Shown piece after piece: positions 1 to 7,489 of a DNA stretch of 64,000 bases (positions are counted from its first letter, which is position 1; each line of letters begins with the position of its first letter). A program made the position numbers and the translations under genes. Location: the IMG/VR virus record IMGVR_UViG_3300028886_000041; one strand, written 5' to 3'. The stretch is from a virus. Its lineage: Duplodnaviria > Caudoviricetes. The notes beneath the pieces are model-generated. The model saw nothing but the letters and a program-made list of their open reading frames with translations. It was not told where the DNA came from and did no database searches.

Positions 1-54
1 ACCTGTGACCCGTACGTTATCAACATACTGCTCTAACCTACTGAGCTAATCGTC
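1..54 (-). tRNA. tRNA-Ile(GAU), 3' part outside the window
   Basis: Reverse complement GACGATTAGCTCAGTAGGTTAGAGCA GTATG TTGATAA CGTAC: D-arm and anticodon arm with GAT. Confidence 0.85.
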
Positions 55-62
55 TGTAAAAT

Positions 63-136
63 TGGGTGCAGTCGCCGGAATCGCACAATCGGTCCTTCAG
101 CTTATGGGGCTGATATGCACTTTACACCACCCTGCA
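63..136 (-). tRNA. atypical tRNA-Met(CAU) with encoded CCA
   Basis: Anticodon arm TCAGC CCCATAA GCTGA; ends CCCA; two acceptor-stem mismatches, C33 and non-standard T-loop (TGCGATT). Confidence 0.65.
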
Positions 137-152
137 ATATTAGAAAGAACAA

Positions 153-233
153 AGCCAGAAATCAGATTCGAACTGATGAAGCTTTCGCAACGGTTTACAA
201 AACCGTCCTCGTTGGCCGCTTGAGTATTCTGGC
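153..233 (-). tRNA. tRNA-Thr(UGU) with long variable arm
   Basis: Acceptor GCCAGAA/TTCTGGC; anticodon arm ACGGT TTTGTAA ACCGT; V-arm GC-GAAA-GC; T-arm ATCAG TTCGAAT CTGAT. Confidence 0.8.
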
Positions 234-243
234 GTTTATAAAT

Positions 244-335
244 TGGCTGTCCGAGTAGGGTTCGAACCTACCAAACCATTTATTTACGGTCACAGATTAA
301 CAGTCTGCTGCATCACCAATTCTGCTCGTCGGACA
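244..335 (-). tRNA. tRNA-Asn(GUU) with long variable arm
   Basis: Acceptor TGTCCGA/TCGGACA, G73, CCA; anticodon arm GCAGA CTGTTAA TCTGT; ~20-nt V-arm. Confidence 0.88.
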
Positions 336-387
336 TTCATAATTTAAATATAATTCAAAATTGTTTATTTATTGTTTTATAAATTTA

Positions 388-1146
388 TTATAACCCTCGT
401 TTTTTACCATTTTGTGGAATAAAATCTTTTACATATCTTTTACATTGATTTACAAAATTAACTTGTGTATTATTATAATTAGTAATTTCTTTTAATTTCG
501 TCCAACCGTATTTACAATATAATTTATATAAATCAGTATAATATTTTTGTTTTTGTGTAAATTTTTGATGTTTTATTTTTAATTTTTCGGCATTAAACTT
601 ATTTCTAAATTCTAAATCTTCTTTAGTTTTTAATTTTGCTTTATTATGTTTATGATTTATTTTTTTAATAAAAGAATCGAAATTTATAATTCTACCATAA
701 TTCCAACCCGGTTCTAAAGATTCATTTTTATAAATTTTCTTAGATTTTTTAAGTTGTAAATTATATATCCAAACTTTGCCAAATTGAGAATTTCTTTTTC
801 CTGATTGAGATTTAGATTGTATTTTACTAAATTGCATTCTTATCATTTCATACATTCGAGAATTGTAAATCCGCTGCTGATTAGGAGTTTTTGTAAATAT
901 CATCATAACACAAGCTTTAACCATTTTAAAATATGCTTCGTTGTTATCTTCATATATTTTCATTAACAATAAATGACATACATAATGCTCCCGTGCAGTT
1001 AAGTACACAATATTTTCTTTATCATTATTTCCTCCAAGACTTCTTGGAATGATATGATGTTTTTCTGTATAACCTGTTGGCATATTTTGTTTACGAAACG
1101 ATATTATTTTATGGTAATATAAATAATACTTACTGTTAATTTTCAT
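388..1146 (-). CDS. free-standing HNH homing endonuclease
   Basis: EKHHIIPRSLGG...NIVYLTAREHYVCH HNH motif and NUMOD-like basic region; start moved to 1146, 5 nt after TATAAATA. Confidence 0.85.
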   Translation of the reverse strand: MKINSKYYLYYHKIISFRKQNMPTGYTEKHHIIPRSLGGNNDKENIVYLTAREHYVCHLLLMKIYEDNNEAYFKMVKACVMMIFTKTPNQQRIYNSRMYEMIRMQFSKIQSKSQSGKRNSQFGKVWIYNLQLKKSKKIYKNESLEPGWNYGRIINFDSFIKKINHKHNKAKLKTKEDLEFRNKFNAEKLKIKHQKFTQKQKYYTDLYKLYCKYGWTKLKEITNYNNTQVNFVNQCKRYVKDFIPQNGKKRGL

Positions 1147-1151
1147 ATAAG

Positions 1152-1159
1152 TATTTATA
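1152..1159 (-). promoter_or_regulatory. T4-type late promoter TATAAATA
   Basis: Exact T4 late consensus directly before the HNH ATG. Confidence 0.6.
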
Positions 1160-1205
1160 TAATATAACACTTATATGTTAACAGTTATATCAAAGAACTT
1201 TAAAT

Positions 1206-1282
1206 TAGATGCAGTCGCTGGAATTACACCGGACCTTCAACTTATGAGACTAAACTGCTACTACCAACTGAGCTAAACTGGA
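1206..1282 (-). pseudogene. degenerate/chimeric tRNA(CAU)
   Basis: D-arm TAGCTCAGTTGGTAGTAGC and loop CTCATAA, but weak anticodon stem, broken T-arm and CTA end; 3' half resembles the tRNA at 63-136. Confidence 0.55.
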
Positions 1283-1341
1283 ATAAAATTATTAAAGAAC
1301 TAAAAAATATTTATAAATTCAATAGAAAAATGTAAATATAT

Positions 1342-1577
1342 GCCATTACCTGGACTTACCCTTATTACCAGATCTCCAGAGTAACATTCTGGACTCTATT
1401 TTTCTTGTGACAGGTTATTGAGCTAATAATGGACTTCAGTTACTGAGACCCGGTTAACCGTTTGTCAATAAAAGCCATGTGCTTTTATAGGCCTATTTTG
1501 ACGATAATAAGCATAGTCAACTGATGAATGGACCATCTCAATGTGGTGAAGTTGTCATCTTCTTGTTACGGGAACCT
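1342..1577 (-). ncRNA. unidentified structured RNA candidate 1
   Basis: Non-coding, higher GC than flanks, nested long-range complementarities and several hairpins, inside the tRNA array downstream of a boxA-like motif. Confidence 0.5.
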
Positions 1578-1616
1578 TAAATTTAAATAAATTATCAAAG
1601 AACCAGAAAGTAAATA

Positions 1617-1690
1617 TGGGCCCGACAGGACTCGAACCTGTAACTGGGCGATTATGAATCACCTGTTCCACCAAATTAAACTACAGGCCC
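1617..1690 (-). tRNA. tRNA(CAU), probably Ile2
   Basis: GGGCCTG acceptor and A73 (Ile-like); anticodon arm GGTGA TTCATAA TCGCC; GGTTCGAGTCC T-arm. Confidence 0.85.
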
Positions 1691-1702
1691 TAAAAATAAA
1701 CA

Positions 1703-1885
1703 CCATACTATCAATGGTTATTATACACTGATAGTATGGATTTCGCGTACAGACACCTAGTATAATAGTTCTACACAAGCTGATATAGTTGCTTGTGGAT
1801 CGAATTAGTTAGATTCGAATATTATACGCTTATGAAGACCTGTCTGTTAGGTAAGGTTACTAGCCTTTTCTTGCATCAGACGCTT
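1703..1885 (-). ncRNA. unidentified structured RNA candidate 2
   Basis: Five perfect helices (6-11 bp), four forming a nested multibranch fold, between two tRNA genes; no ORF. Confidence 0.5.
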
Positions 1886-1894
1886 ATAAATTTT

Positions 1895-1968
1895 TAGATC
1901 AACTGCGACTTGAACGCAGAACCAACGACTTAAAAGGTCGCTACTCTAACCAATTGAGTTATTGATCC
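1895..1968 (-). tRNA. tRNA-Lys(UUU)
   Basis: Anticodon arm GCGAC CTTTTAA GTCGT; complete cloverleaf; no encoded CCA. Confidence 0.9.
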
Positions 1969-1973
1969 TTAAA

Positions 1974-2047
1974 TGGTCGGGTATATCCGATTTGCACGGC
2001 GACCCATCGCCCCAAACGACGTATGTTCCTATTACACCATATACCCG
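1974..2047 (-). tRNA. tRNA-Pro(UGG)
   Basis: C1-G72 acceptor; arm CGTCG TTTGGGG CGATG; ends ACCA; T-loop TGCAAAT is atypical. Confidence 0.85.
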
Positions 2048-2064
2048 TATTTTATTTTTAAATT

Positions 2065-2149
2065 AGCTAAGTGTAGGATTCGAACCTACAATGTGCATTT
2101 CACAAACAGTTTTGCGGACTGTTGTCTTCAACCATTCGACCAACTTAGC
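2065..2149 (-). tRNA. tRNA-Cys(GCA) with long variable arm and C33
   Basis: Acceptor GCTAAGT/ACTTAGC, U73; arm ACAGT CCGCAAA ACTGT; V-arm TGTG-AAATG-CACA. Confidence 0.85.
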
Positions 2150-2154
2150 ACATT

Positions 2155-2163
2155 TCAAAGAAC
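2155..2163 (-). promoter_or_regulatory. boxA-like motif GTTCTTTGA (also 1595-1603, 1190-1198; variants 1292-1300, 142-150)
   Basis: Repeated only in tRNA-array spacers; resembles rRNA-operon boxA. Confidence 0.55.
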
Positions 2164-2179
2164 TAAAAATTTTAAATTA

Positions 2180-2196
2180 TTTATATATAAGAGTTA
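2180..2196 (-). promoter_or_regulatory. TAACTC-N5-(-10) promoter heading the main tRNA block
   Basis: TAACTC TTATA TATAAA; one of 13 copies. Confidence 0.6.
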
Positions 2197-2199
2197 AAA

Positions 2200-2451
2200 T
2201 TAATCTTTTATATCCAACAATAATTTTTTTACTTCGCGATATTTTTTAATCTTCCGATCTATGGCGCGTTTAAATCCTTCACGAGCTACTGGAAGACCCT
2301 TAAACATATGAATAATATATTCCTCTAAATTCATCCCCAGCATTTCAACCAAAATGTCTGAATTATTAATGAATGCATCGATATCAAGTTTATCAGCTAT
2401 TAACACTGCCGCATCGATTATTTTATTGTTTTCTTTTGTTTCTTTTTTCAT
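2200..2451 (-). CDS. hypothetical protein
   Basis: 83-aa ORF, co-oriented. Confidence 0.65.
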   Translation of the reverse strand: MKKETKENNKIIDAAVLIADKLDIDAFINNSDILVEMLGMNLEEYIIHMFKGLPVAREGFKRAIDRKIKKYREVKKLLLDIKD

Positions 2452-2486
2452 ATATTTTATTTTTAATTAATTGTTTTATTTTAACG

Positions 2487-2578
2487 CGGAGAAAGAGGGT
2501 CTCGAACCCCCACACCCATTTCTGAGTTAACGCATTTCAAGTGCGCCGTCATTAGGCCGAATCTTGACTTATCTCTCC
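2487..2578 (-). tRNA. tRNA-Ser(UGA)
   Basis: GGAGAGA acceptor, G73; arm GCGCA CTTGAAA TGCGT; long V-arm. Confidence 0.9.
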
Positions 2579-2808
2579 GAAGTATTAAAATCTTCATCAA
2601 AATACATATATACATTCTTAAATGCAGTCCATGAACCAAATTCGCGAATGATATCACCGTATTTCAACATATGTGACATACAATTATCTTTTATTACTTC
2701 CCTAAATTCATCTCGATTAAAAGGAAGCGAAAAAATACCATCAAGAAATGCAGTATTGATTAATATTTTAATTTGAGCATCATTTAGATTGTATTTATTT
2801 GTGTTCAT
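2569..2808 (-). CDS. hypothetical protein
   Basis: ATG 6 nt after TAACTC-N5-TATAAT; stop lies inside tRNA-Ser. Confidence 0.7.
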   Translation of the reverse strand: MNTNKYNLNDAQIKILINTAFLDGIFSLPFNRDEFREVIKDNCMSHMLKYGDIIREFGSWTAFKNVYMYFDEDFNTSER

Positions 2809-2814
2809 GGAGAT

Positions 2815-2831
2815 ATTATAAAAGAGAGTTA
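2815..2831 (-). promoter_or_regulatory. TAACTC-N5-TATAAT promoter
   Basis: TAACTC TCTTT TATAAT, 6 nt before ATG 2808. Confidence 0.75.
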
Positions 2832-3116
2832 TTTTTTAAGTTCTAATACCATTATATCATTACAGAATGTTTGATAATCGTTTTCATTTGTAAAATCTAA
2901 ATCAGTATCAAACAATAAATCACCAAAATCTTTATCTTCAAAATCAATCGATACATCATTATCAATTTTAGCTGCTGATAATATATTATTGATTGTTTGT
3001 TTAGCCTGTTCTTCTGTTTTGAATAATTTTGTATATATAGGTTGATTGATAGAATCAGTATCAACTGTTAATTCTAATCCATCTTCCTTCTTACGATATG
3101 TTATTCTTATTTTCAT
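2829..3116 (-). CDS. hypothetical protein
   Basis: 95-aa ORF in a tightly packed run. Confidence 0.7.
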   Translation of the reverse strand: MKIRITYRKKEDGLELTVDTDSINQPIYTKLFKTEEQAKQTINNILSAAKIDNDVSIDFEDKDFGDLLFDTDLDFTNENDYQTFCNDIMVLELKK

Positions 3117-3396
3117 TTAATTTGTTTATAATATCATAAACATTAACGATAGTCAAGCAATGAAATTTTATTTGTATTTGCTCGGGTTCCATATGAGTAT
3201 CAATTGAACGAACTAAATCTTTTAAAATCTGTATATTATTACTTCGTGTAATAAAAATAGGCTCCTTATCTTTTTCTTCCAAATATAACTCAAATTTTAA
3301 ATTATTTGATGTTACGTTGATTTTAAATAAAATACCTGTACCAATTTCAAACTGATAACAGCGTCGTTTATAATTAATAATCCATGGATCTCTCAT
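3091..3396 (-). CDS. hypothetical protein
   Basis: 101-aa ORF. Confidence 0.65.
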   Translation of the reverse strand: MRDPWIINYKRRCYQFEIGTGILFKINVTSNNLKFELYLEEKDKEPIFITRSNNIQILKDLVRSIDTHMEPEQIQIKFHCLTIVNVYDIINKLNENKNNIS

Positions 3397-3435
3397 TCCT
3401 ACCGCATGTTTTCCTTCCGTTAAAATATTTATTTC

Positions 3436-3690
3436 TTAAAAGTAAAAATCATCGTAAAATTCCCCATAATCATCTTCCCCGATATTTTTATTACTTTTAA
3501 ATAATTTTTGAAATATATAAGATGTGAAAATACCAATGATAATAACAATCGGGCTAGATAAAAGTAATATATAAAAATAATATGCAATATTATATGGTAT
3601 TAGTGTTAAAAGATAACTAATAGTTCCTAATATTAATAATGTTATAGTACCCACAAGATAATATTTTAAACAGTTTTTTAAACAATCCAT
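3436..3690 (-). CDS. small membrane protein
   Basis: Two hydrophobic segments and an acidic tail; start taken at MDCLKN. Confidence 0.65.
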   Translation of the reverse strand: MDCLKNCLKYYLVGTITLLILGTISYLLTLIPYNIAYYFYILLLSSPIVIIIGIFTSYIFQKLFKSNKNIGEDDYGEFYDDFYF

Positions 3691-3823
3691 AAAATTAATC
3701 TCTTGAAACGTTAATTGAAAATCTAATATCAGTAACGAATTGATATAAATATATAATAAATAAAAATTGATAAAAATCAATAAAAATTTTTCAAAAAATA
3801 AACTATTTTACATAAATAATTAT

Positions 3824-4426
3824 ATGAAAGCAAAACAGATTGTATCTATTTTAGGTATATCAAAACCAACATTAACAAAATATGTTAAAGAAGGCCTAAT
3901 AAAAATTGATAATGTTATTAATGGTAGATATTTATATAATGATGAATCTGTGTATGCACTAATAGGCAATCGAAAATGTTGTAAGAACAAATATAGTGTA
4001 ATTTATGCTAGAGTTTCAAATCCACCCAAAAAATATCTCGATGAACAAATTCAACGTATTTCTAATTTTTGCATTTCCAAAGGTATTCAAATAACTAAAG
4101 TATATTCTGATATAAAATCTGGTATGTATTTTAATAGAGAAGGATTAGATAATTTAATTTTGGATATAGTTAAAGGTAATATAGATACAATTGTTATTGA
4201 AAATAAAGATAGGTTATGTCGTTTTGGGTTTGAATTGTTTTTATCATTTTGTAAATTTTATAAAACTAAAATTTTAATTATATCTGATTTATCGGAAAAA
4301 TCTTATGAACAGGAGCTGACAGAAGATTTAATATCAATAATACATTATTTTTCTATGAAATCTTATTCCCATAGAAGAAAATTAAACAAATTACGAAAGG
4401 AAATAGAAAATAATGATAACAATTAA
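3824..4426 (+). CDS. tnpA: IS607 serine recombinase TnpA
   Basis: N-terminal MerR-type HTH, IYARVS catalytic motif, KDRLCRFGFE, EQELTEDLISIIHYFS. Confidence 0.93.
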   Translation: MKAKQIVSILGISKPTLTKYVKEGLIKIDNVINGRYLYNDESVYALIGNRKCCKNKYSVIYARVSNPPKKYLDEQIQRISNFCISKGIQITKVYSDIKSGMYFNREGLDNLILDIVKGNIDTIVIENKDRLCRFGFELFLSFCKFYKTKILIISDLSEKSYEQELTEDLISIIHYFSMKSYSHRRKLNKLRKEIENNDNN

Positions 4427-5756
4427 ATTAGATATTACAACAACAAACCCCAATAGGATTTTAGAATATCAAAAACAATATTCGAATTTATTACATATAT
4501 TTTATAATAGATATAAAGAAGGCATATCTCAAACAGAATGTAAACATCTTCAATTTAATAATATTGAATTATTAGATAGTTGGTTCAGACAAAGCTGTAT
4601 ATATGAGGCCATAGCATTATGTAAAAAATTTAAAGATAAATCAATTATATTTGGAGGAAAGAAAAATTTCTTTGATAGATTAAAGAATATTATTAGTAAA
4701 GAAGAATATAATAGAAATAGATTAAGTCCTTTATATTCAATAGGTGAGGGTTCTAATCCAGGCGTAAAAGGGAATAGGAAATTTTTTATACGAGATTTAA
4801 ATACAATAATTTTTAAACCATCTAAGAAAGAAAAAATAGAATTAAAATTTCAAATTAATTCGAAAAAATATAAACAATATTTGCAATTATTAATGTTACA
4901 TCAAGATAAAAAAGACTTATCTATTACTTACAAATTATCTCATGAAAAAATTTGGATAAGTTTTGATGAAACTATTTTAAAAACTGAATTAAAAAATTAT
5001 AATAAAATTCAAAATAGAATAATTAGTATTGATTTAAATCCAAATTATATTGGATATTCTGTTTTAGATTGGTTAGATAGTGAACATTTTAATATTATTG
5101 ATAAAGGTATTTTAAGTTTAAAATATTTAAATGATAAAGAAAATAAAACAAAATGCTCATCTAATGATAAACTGAAAATTTATTTAAATAATAAAAGAAA
5201 TTTTGAAGTATTAGAAATATCTAAATTTCTTATAAATAAAATGAAACATTTTAAATGTTCTTTATTTGCTATTGAAAATCTAAATATTAAATCAAAAGAT
5301 AATGGCAAAGGTCGTAAATTCAATAAACTTTGTAATAATCAATGGTGTCGGACAAAATTAGTTAATAATTTACAAAAATGGTGTAATATATATTCAGTAA
5401 ATTTACTAAAAGTTAATCCTGAATATTCATCATTTATCGGAAATATAGTAAACAGAGAATTGAAATTACCTGATATGATTTTAAGTTCAATAGAAATATC
5501 ACGAAGAGCTTTTGAATTTAATCATCAATATATTTTAAAAGATTGTCCTTTAAAAAAGAATATAATATGGATAGAAATGACTAATTATATTAAAAACAAA
5601 ATTATTCAGTCATTGGAAGAATTGAATATTTGTTGTGATTGGAAAAATCTGTTCGAATTATATTTACACATCAAAAAATCTAAATGTAAATATAGATTTC
5701 CACTAGAAATAGATGGTTTTAAGGCAAAATTATTAAAATATCAATTAATTTTTTAA
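4413..5756 (+). CDS. tnpB: IS607-associated TnpB-like RuvC nuclease
   Basis: RuvC-I IISIDLN, RuvC-II FAIENL, VNPEYSS, RuvC-III LPDMILSSIEI; no CxxC zinc ribbon. Confidence 0.85.
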   Translation: MITIKLDITTTNPNRILEYQKQYSNLLHIFYNRYKEGISQTECKHLQFNNIELLDSWFRQSCIYEAIALCKKFKDKSIIFGGKKNFFDRLKNIISKEEYNRNRLSPLYSIGEGSNPGVKGNRKFFIRDLNTIIFKPSKKEKIELKFQINSKKYKQYLQLLMLHQDKKDLSITYKLSHEKIWISFDETILKTELKNYNKIQNRIISIDLNPNYIGYSVLDWLDSEHFNIIDKGILSLKYLNDKENKTKCSSNDKLKIYLNNKRNFEVLEISKFLINKMKHFKCSLFAIENLNIKSKDNGKGRKFNKLCNNQWCRTKLVNNLQKWCNIYSVNLLKVNPEYSSFIGNIVNRELKLPDMILSSIEISRRAFEFNHQYILKDCPLKKNIIWIEMTNYIKNKIIQSLEELNICCDWKNLFELYLHIKKSKCKYRFPLEIDGFKAKLLKYQLIF

Positions 5757-5845
5757 TATTTTTAATTGATTTAAAATTATTTTGCTATTTAAATGTTTAA
5801 TATTTGTAATTATAGGATTATATTTTTTGTTTTGGCTAGAATTAT

Positions 5846-6208
5846 TCATTGTATTACATGCCACACGTCATATTTGGCATATATAGTTTTGATATGTTTA
5901 GTTAATTTTTCTATTTCTTCCAACATATCACTAACAAGATATCCAGATTCTAAATAACAATTTACCCACACGTTTTCTTTATTTGGATCTGCAGTTGATA
6001 TTTTAATGGACCAAATTTTGGGATCTAAGTTATTGAAAAAGTAAAATAAAATCTTGTTAATTAAACACGCACCAATATCAAACCAAATACGTATAGGTTC
6101 TTTGTCATGACCACAACAACTACATGTAGTTTTAAGAGCAGGAATAGTATTTAATGCAATAACAAGATCACGAATTTCAGAATCAATATCTTTTATTTCT
6201 TCAATCAT
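5846..6208 (-). CDS. hypothetical protein with TYW3-like N-terminus
   Basis: IDSEIRDLVIALN...KTTCSCCGH resembles the TYW3 N-terminal motif. Confidence 0.5.
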   Translation of the reverse strand: MIEEIKDIDSEIRDLVIALNTIPALKTTCSCCGHDKEPIRIWFDIGACLINKILFYFFNNLDPKIWSIKISTADPNKENVWVNCYLESGYLVSDMLEEIEKLTKHIKTIYAKYDVWHVIQ

Positions 6209-6242
6209 TTTTAGAGTTTCGTTGTGATATTATAGTGCAATT

Positions 6243-6680
6243 TCAAATATATGTTTTTAAATTAGAAATTTTTTCGTCTATTTTTGTTAATTCTTTTATA
6301 ATTTTGGATCTTTTTATATTTAGAATTTTAAGCTTTTTTGAAATTTGTTTCTTTATAATATTTTCAAAATTATCAGAATCAAATAATTGTCGAATAATCT
6401 TCCTATATGTTTTACAAGATACATAAGAATTACCTTGAACACCAACTACCGCGTTATCAAATGTTTGTATATGCCATTTAATAAATTTATCATTATCAAT
6501 GGCAATAAATTGACCCCAATAATTGTCTATCAAATTTTTAGACCACATATCAAATTGAATCCAGCCGTCACTTACATCCCAACATATATCTCTAAGATAA
6601 ATTTTGATTTTGTCTAAATTAACCGTTGCGTATATTTCGCGGGTTTCTTTATTTTCATAATACCTAATTTTAGCTTTCAT
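6243..6680 (-). CDS. hypothetical protein
   Basis: 145 aa; ATG 6 nt after promoter motif. Confidence 0.75.
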   Translation of the reverse strand: MKAKIRYYENKETREIYATVNLDKIKIYLRDICWDVSDGWIQFDMWSKNLIDNYWGQFIAIDNDKFIKWHIQTFDNAVVGVQGNSYVSCKTYRKIIRQLFDSDNFENIIKKQISKKLKILNIKRSKIIKELTKIDEKISNLKTYI

Positions 6681-6686
6681 ATGGTA

Positions 6687-6703
6687 ATTATAATAAAGAG
6701 TTA
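6687..6703 (-). promoter_or_regulatory. TAACTC-N5-TATAAT promoter
   Basis: TAACTC TTTAT TATAAT, 6 nt before ATG 6680. Confidence 0.75.
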
Positions 6704-7111
6704 AATTACTCTTAATCTATGTAACCCACATTTTGTACAATATTCTTCAACATATACAAATTTCCACCAAAGATGGCCTTCTTGATGATATTTACATATT
6801 TGCCAATCATGATCACAGTCTTCGTTTTGTTCCTTTTTTAAGTTAGTATCAAAACCCGGGGTATGTTGCAACGCAGTAAACACAGTAGAATCAATATGTT
6901 TATTCACCAATTCTTTATCCATATTTGGAAACTTATTTCTATAAAGAGAACGAGTATGAAATGCAATTTTTTCTGCTTCCGATAAATTGCTTATATGTTT
7001 TATGCCTTTATAAATATCAGCATAATGAGCAGGTAATTCAGGAAATTCATCATCTGTTATTTCCATATATCCATATTTTATTCTGAATAATTTTTCTTGG
7101 TATTTGTTCAT
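6701..7111 (-). CDS. hypothetical protein with C-terminal CxH...CxxC zinc ribbon
   Basis: CDHDW...YCTKCG. Confidence 0.7.
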   Translation of the reverse strand: MNKYQEKLFRIKYGYMEITDDEFPELPAHYADIYKGIKHISNLSEAEKIAFHTRSLYRNKFPNMDKELVNKHIDSTVFTALQHTPGFDTNLKKEQNEDCDHDWQICKYHQEGHLWWKFVYVEEYCTKCGLHRLRVI

Positions 7112-7147
7112 TTTATTTGTTTATCTTTTATTTTTAAGATGGATTGT

Positions 7148-7489
7148 TTAATATGTCCCATCGGTTGCTGGTTTAATTTCATAATCGCCCGTACTATCCA
7201 CGCGATTTTCTTCTATTGGTTTATTTTCAGAATTTTCTTCTTGCGTTTTTGATGATACAACATGAATATGATTTGGATACAAAAGATCTTCATTTATATC
7301 TTGAAAAACTAATGCATCGCATTCTACTATGTCTGCTCTTGGATTATCACGAAGCATAGACATAGCATATACTTTTAATTCATGTTCTAAAGTTTTTCTT
7401 GTAGATTCTGTATTAGGTTTATTCTTATATTTTTCACAAATATCCTCCAATGAAGATTTAAAATTTCCTAAAGTAAACATTTTTGACAT
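7148..7489 (-). CDS. hypothetical protein
   Basis: 113 aa, AGGAGA upstream. Confidence 0.7.
   Translation of the reverse strand: MSKMFTLGNFKSSLEDICEKYKNKPNTESTRKTLEHELKVYAMSMLRDNPRADIVECDALVFQDINEDLLYPNHIHVVSSKTQEENSENKPIEENRVDSTGDYEIKPATDGTY

Larger units (their letters stand above)
3700..5800 (+). mobile_element. IS607-family element (tnpA + tnpB); ends approximate
   Basis: Overlapping serine recombinase and RuvC genes opposite to all neighbours; short AATTGAWW repeats at 3713, 3738, 3765 and 5764. Confidence 0.8.

Noticed and set aside
153-233. Reading this tRNA as Tyr(GUA)
   Set aside because: The only perfect 5-bp anticodon stem (ACGGT/ACCGT) centres TGT; the GTA register does not pair.
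1521-1550. Hammerhead ribozyme from plus-strand CTGATGA
   Set aside because: No GAAA after the putative stem II and no stem III.
1342-1885. RNase P RNA or tmRNA identity for the structured regions
   Set aside because: No GAGGAAAGTCC/ACAGAA core and no tRNA-Ala-like ends.
1973-2197. 74-aa plus-strand ORF
   Set aside because: Antisense to tRNA-Pro and tRNA-Cys.
5757-5845. CRISPR array next to the TnpB/Cas12f-like gene
   Set aside because: No repeat-spacer pattern here or elsewhere that I could see.
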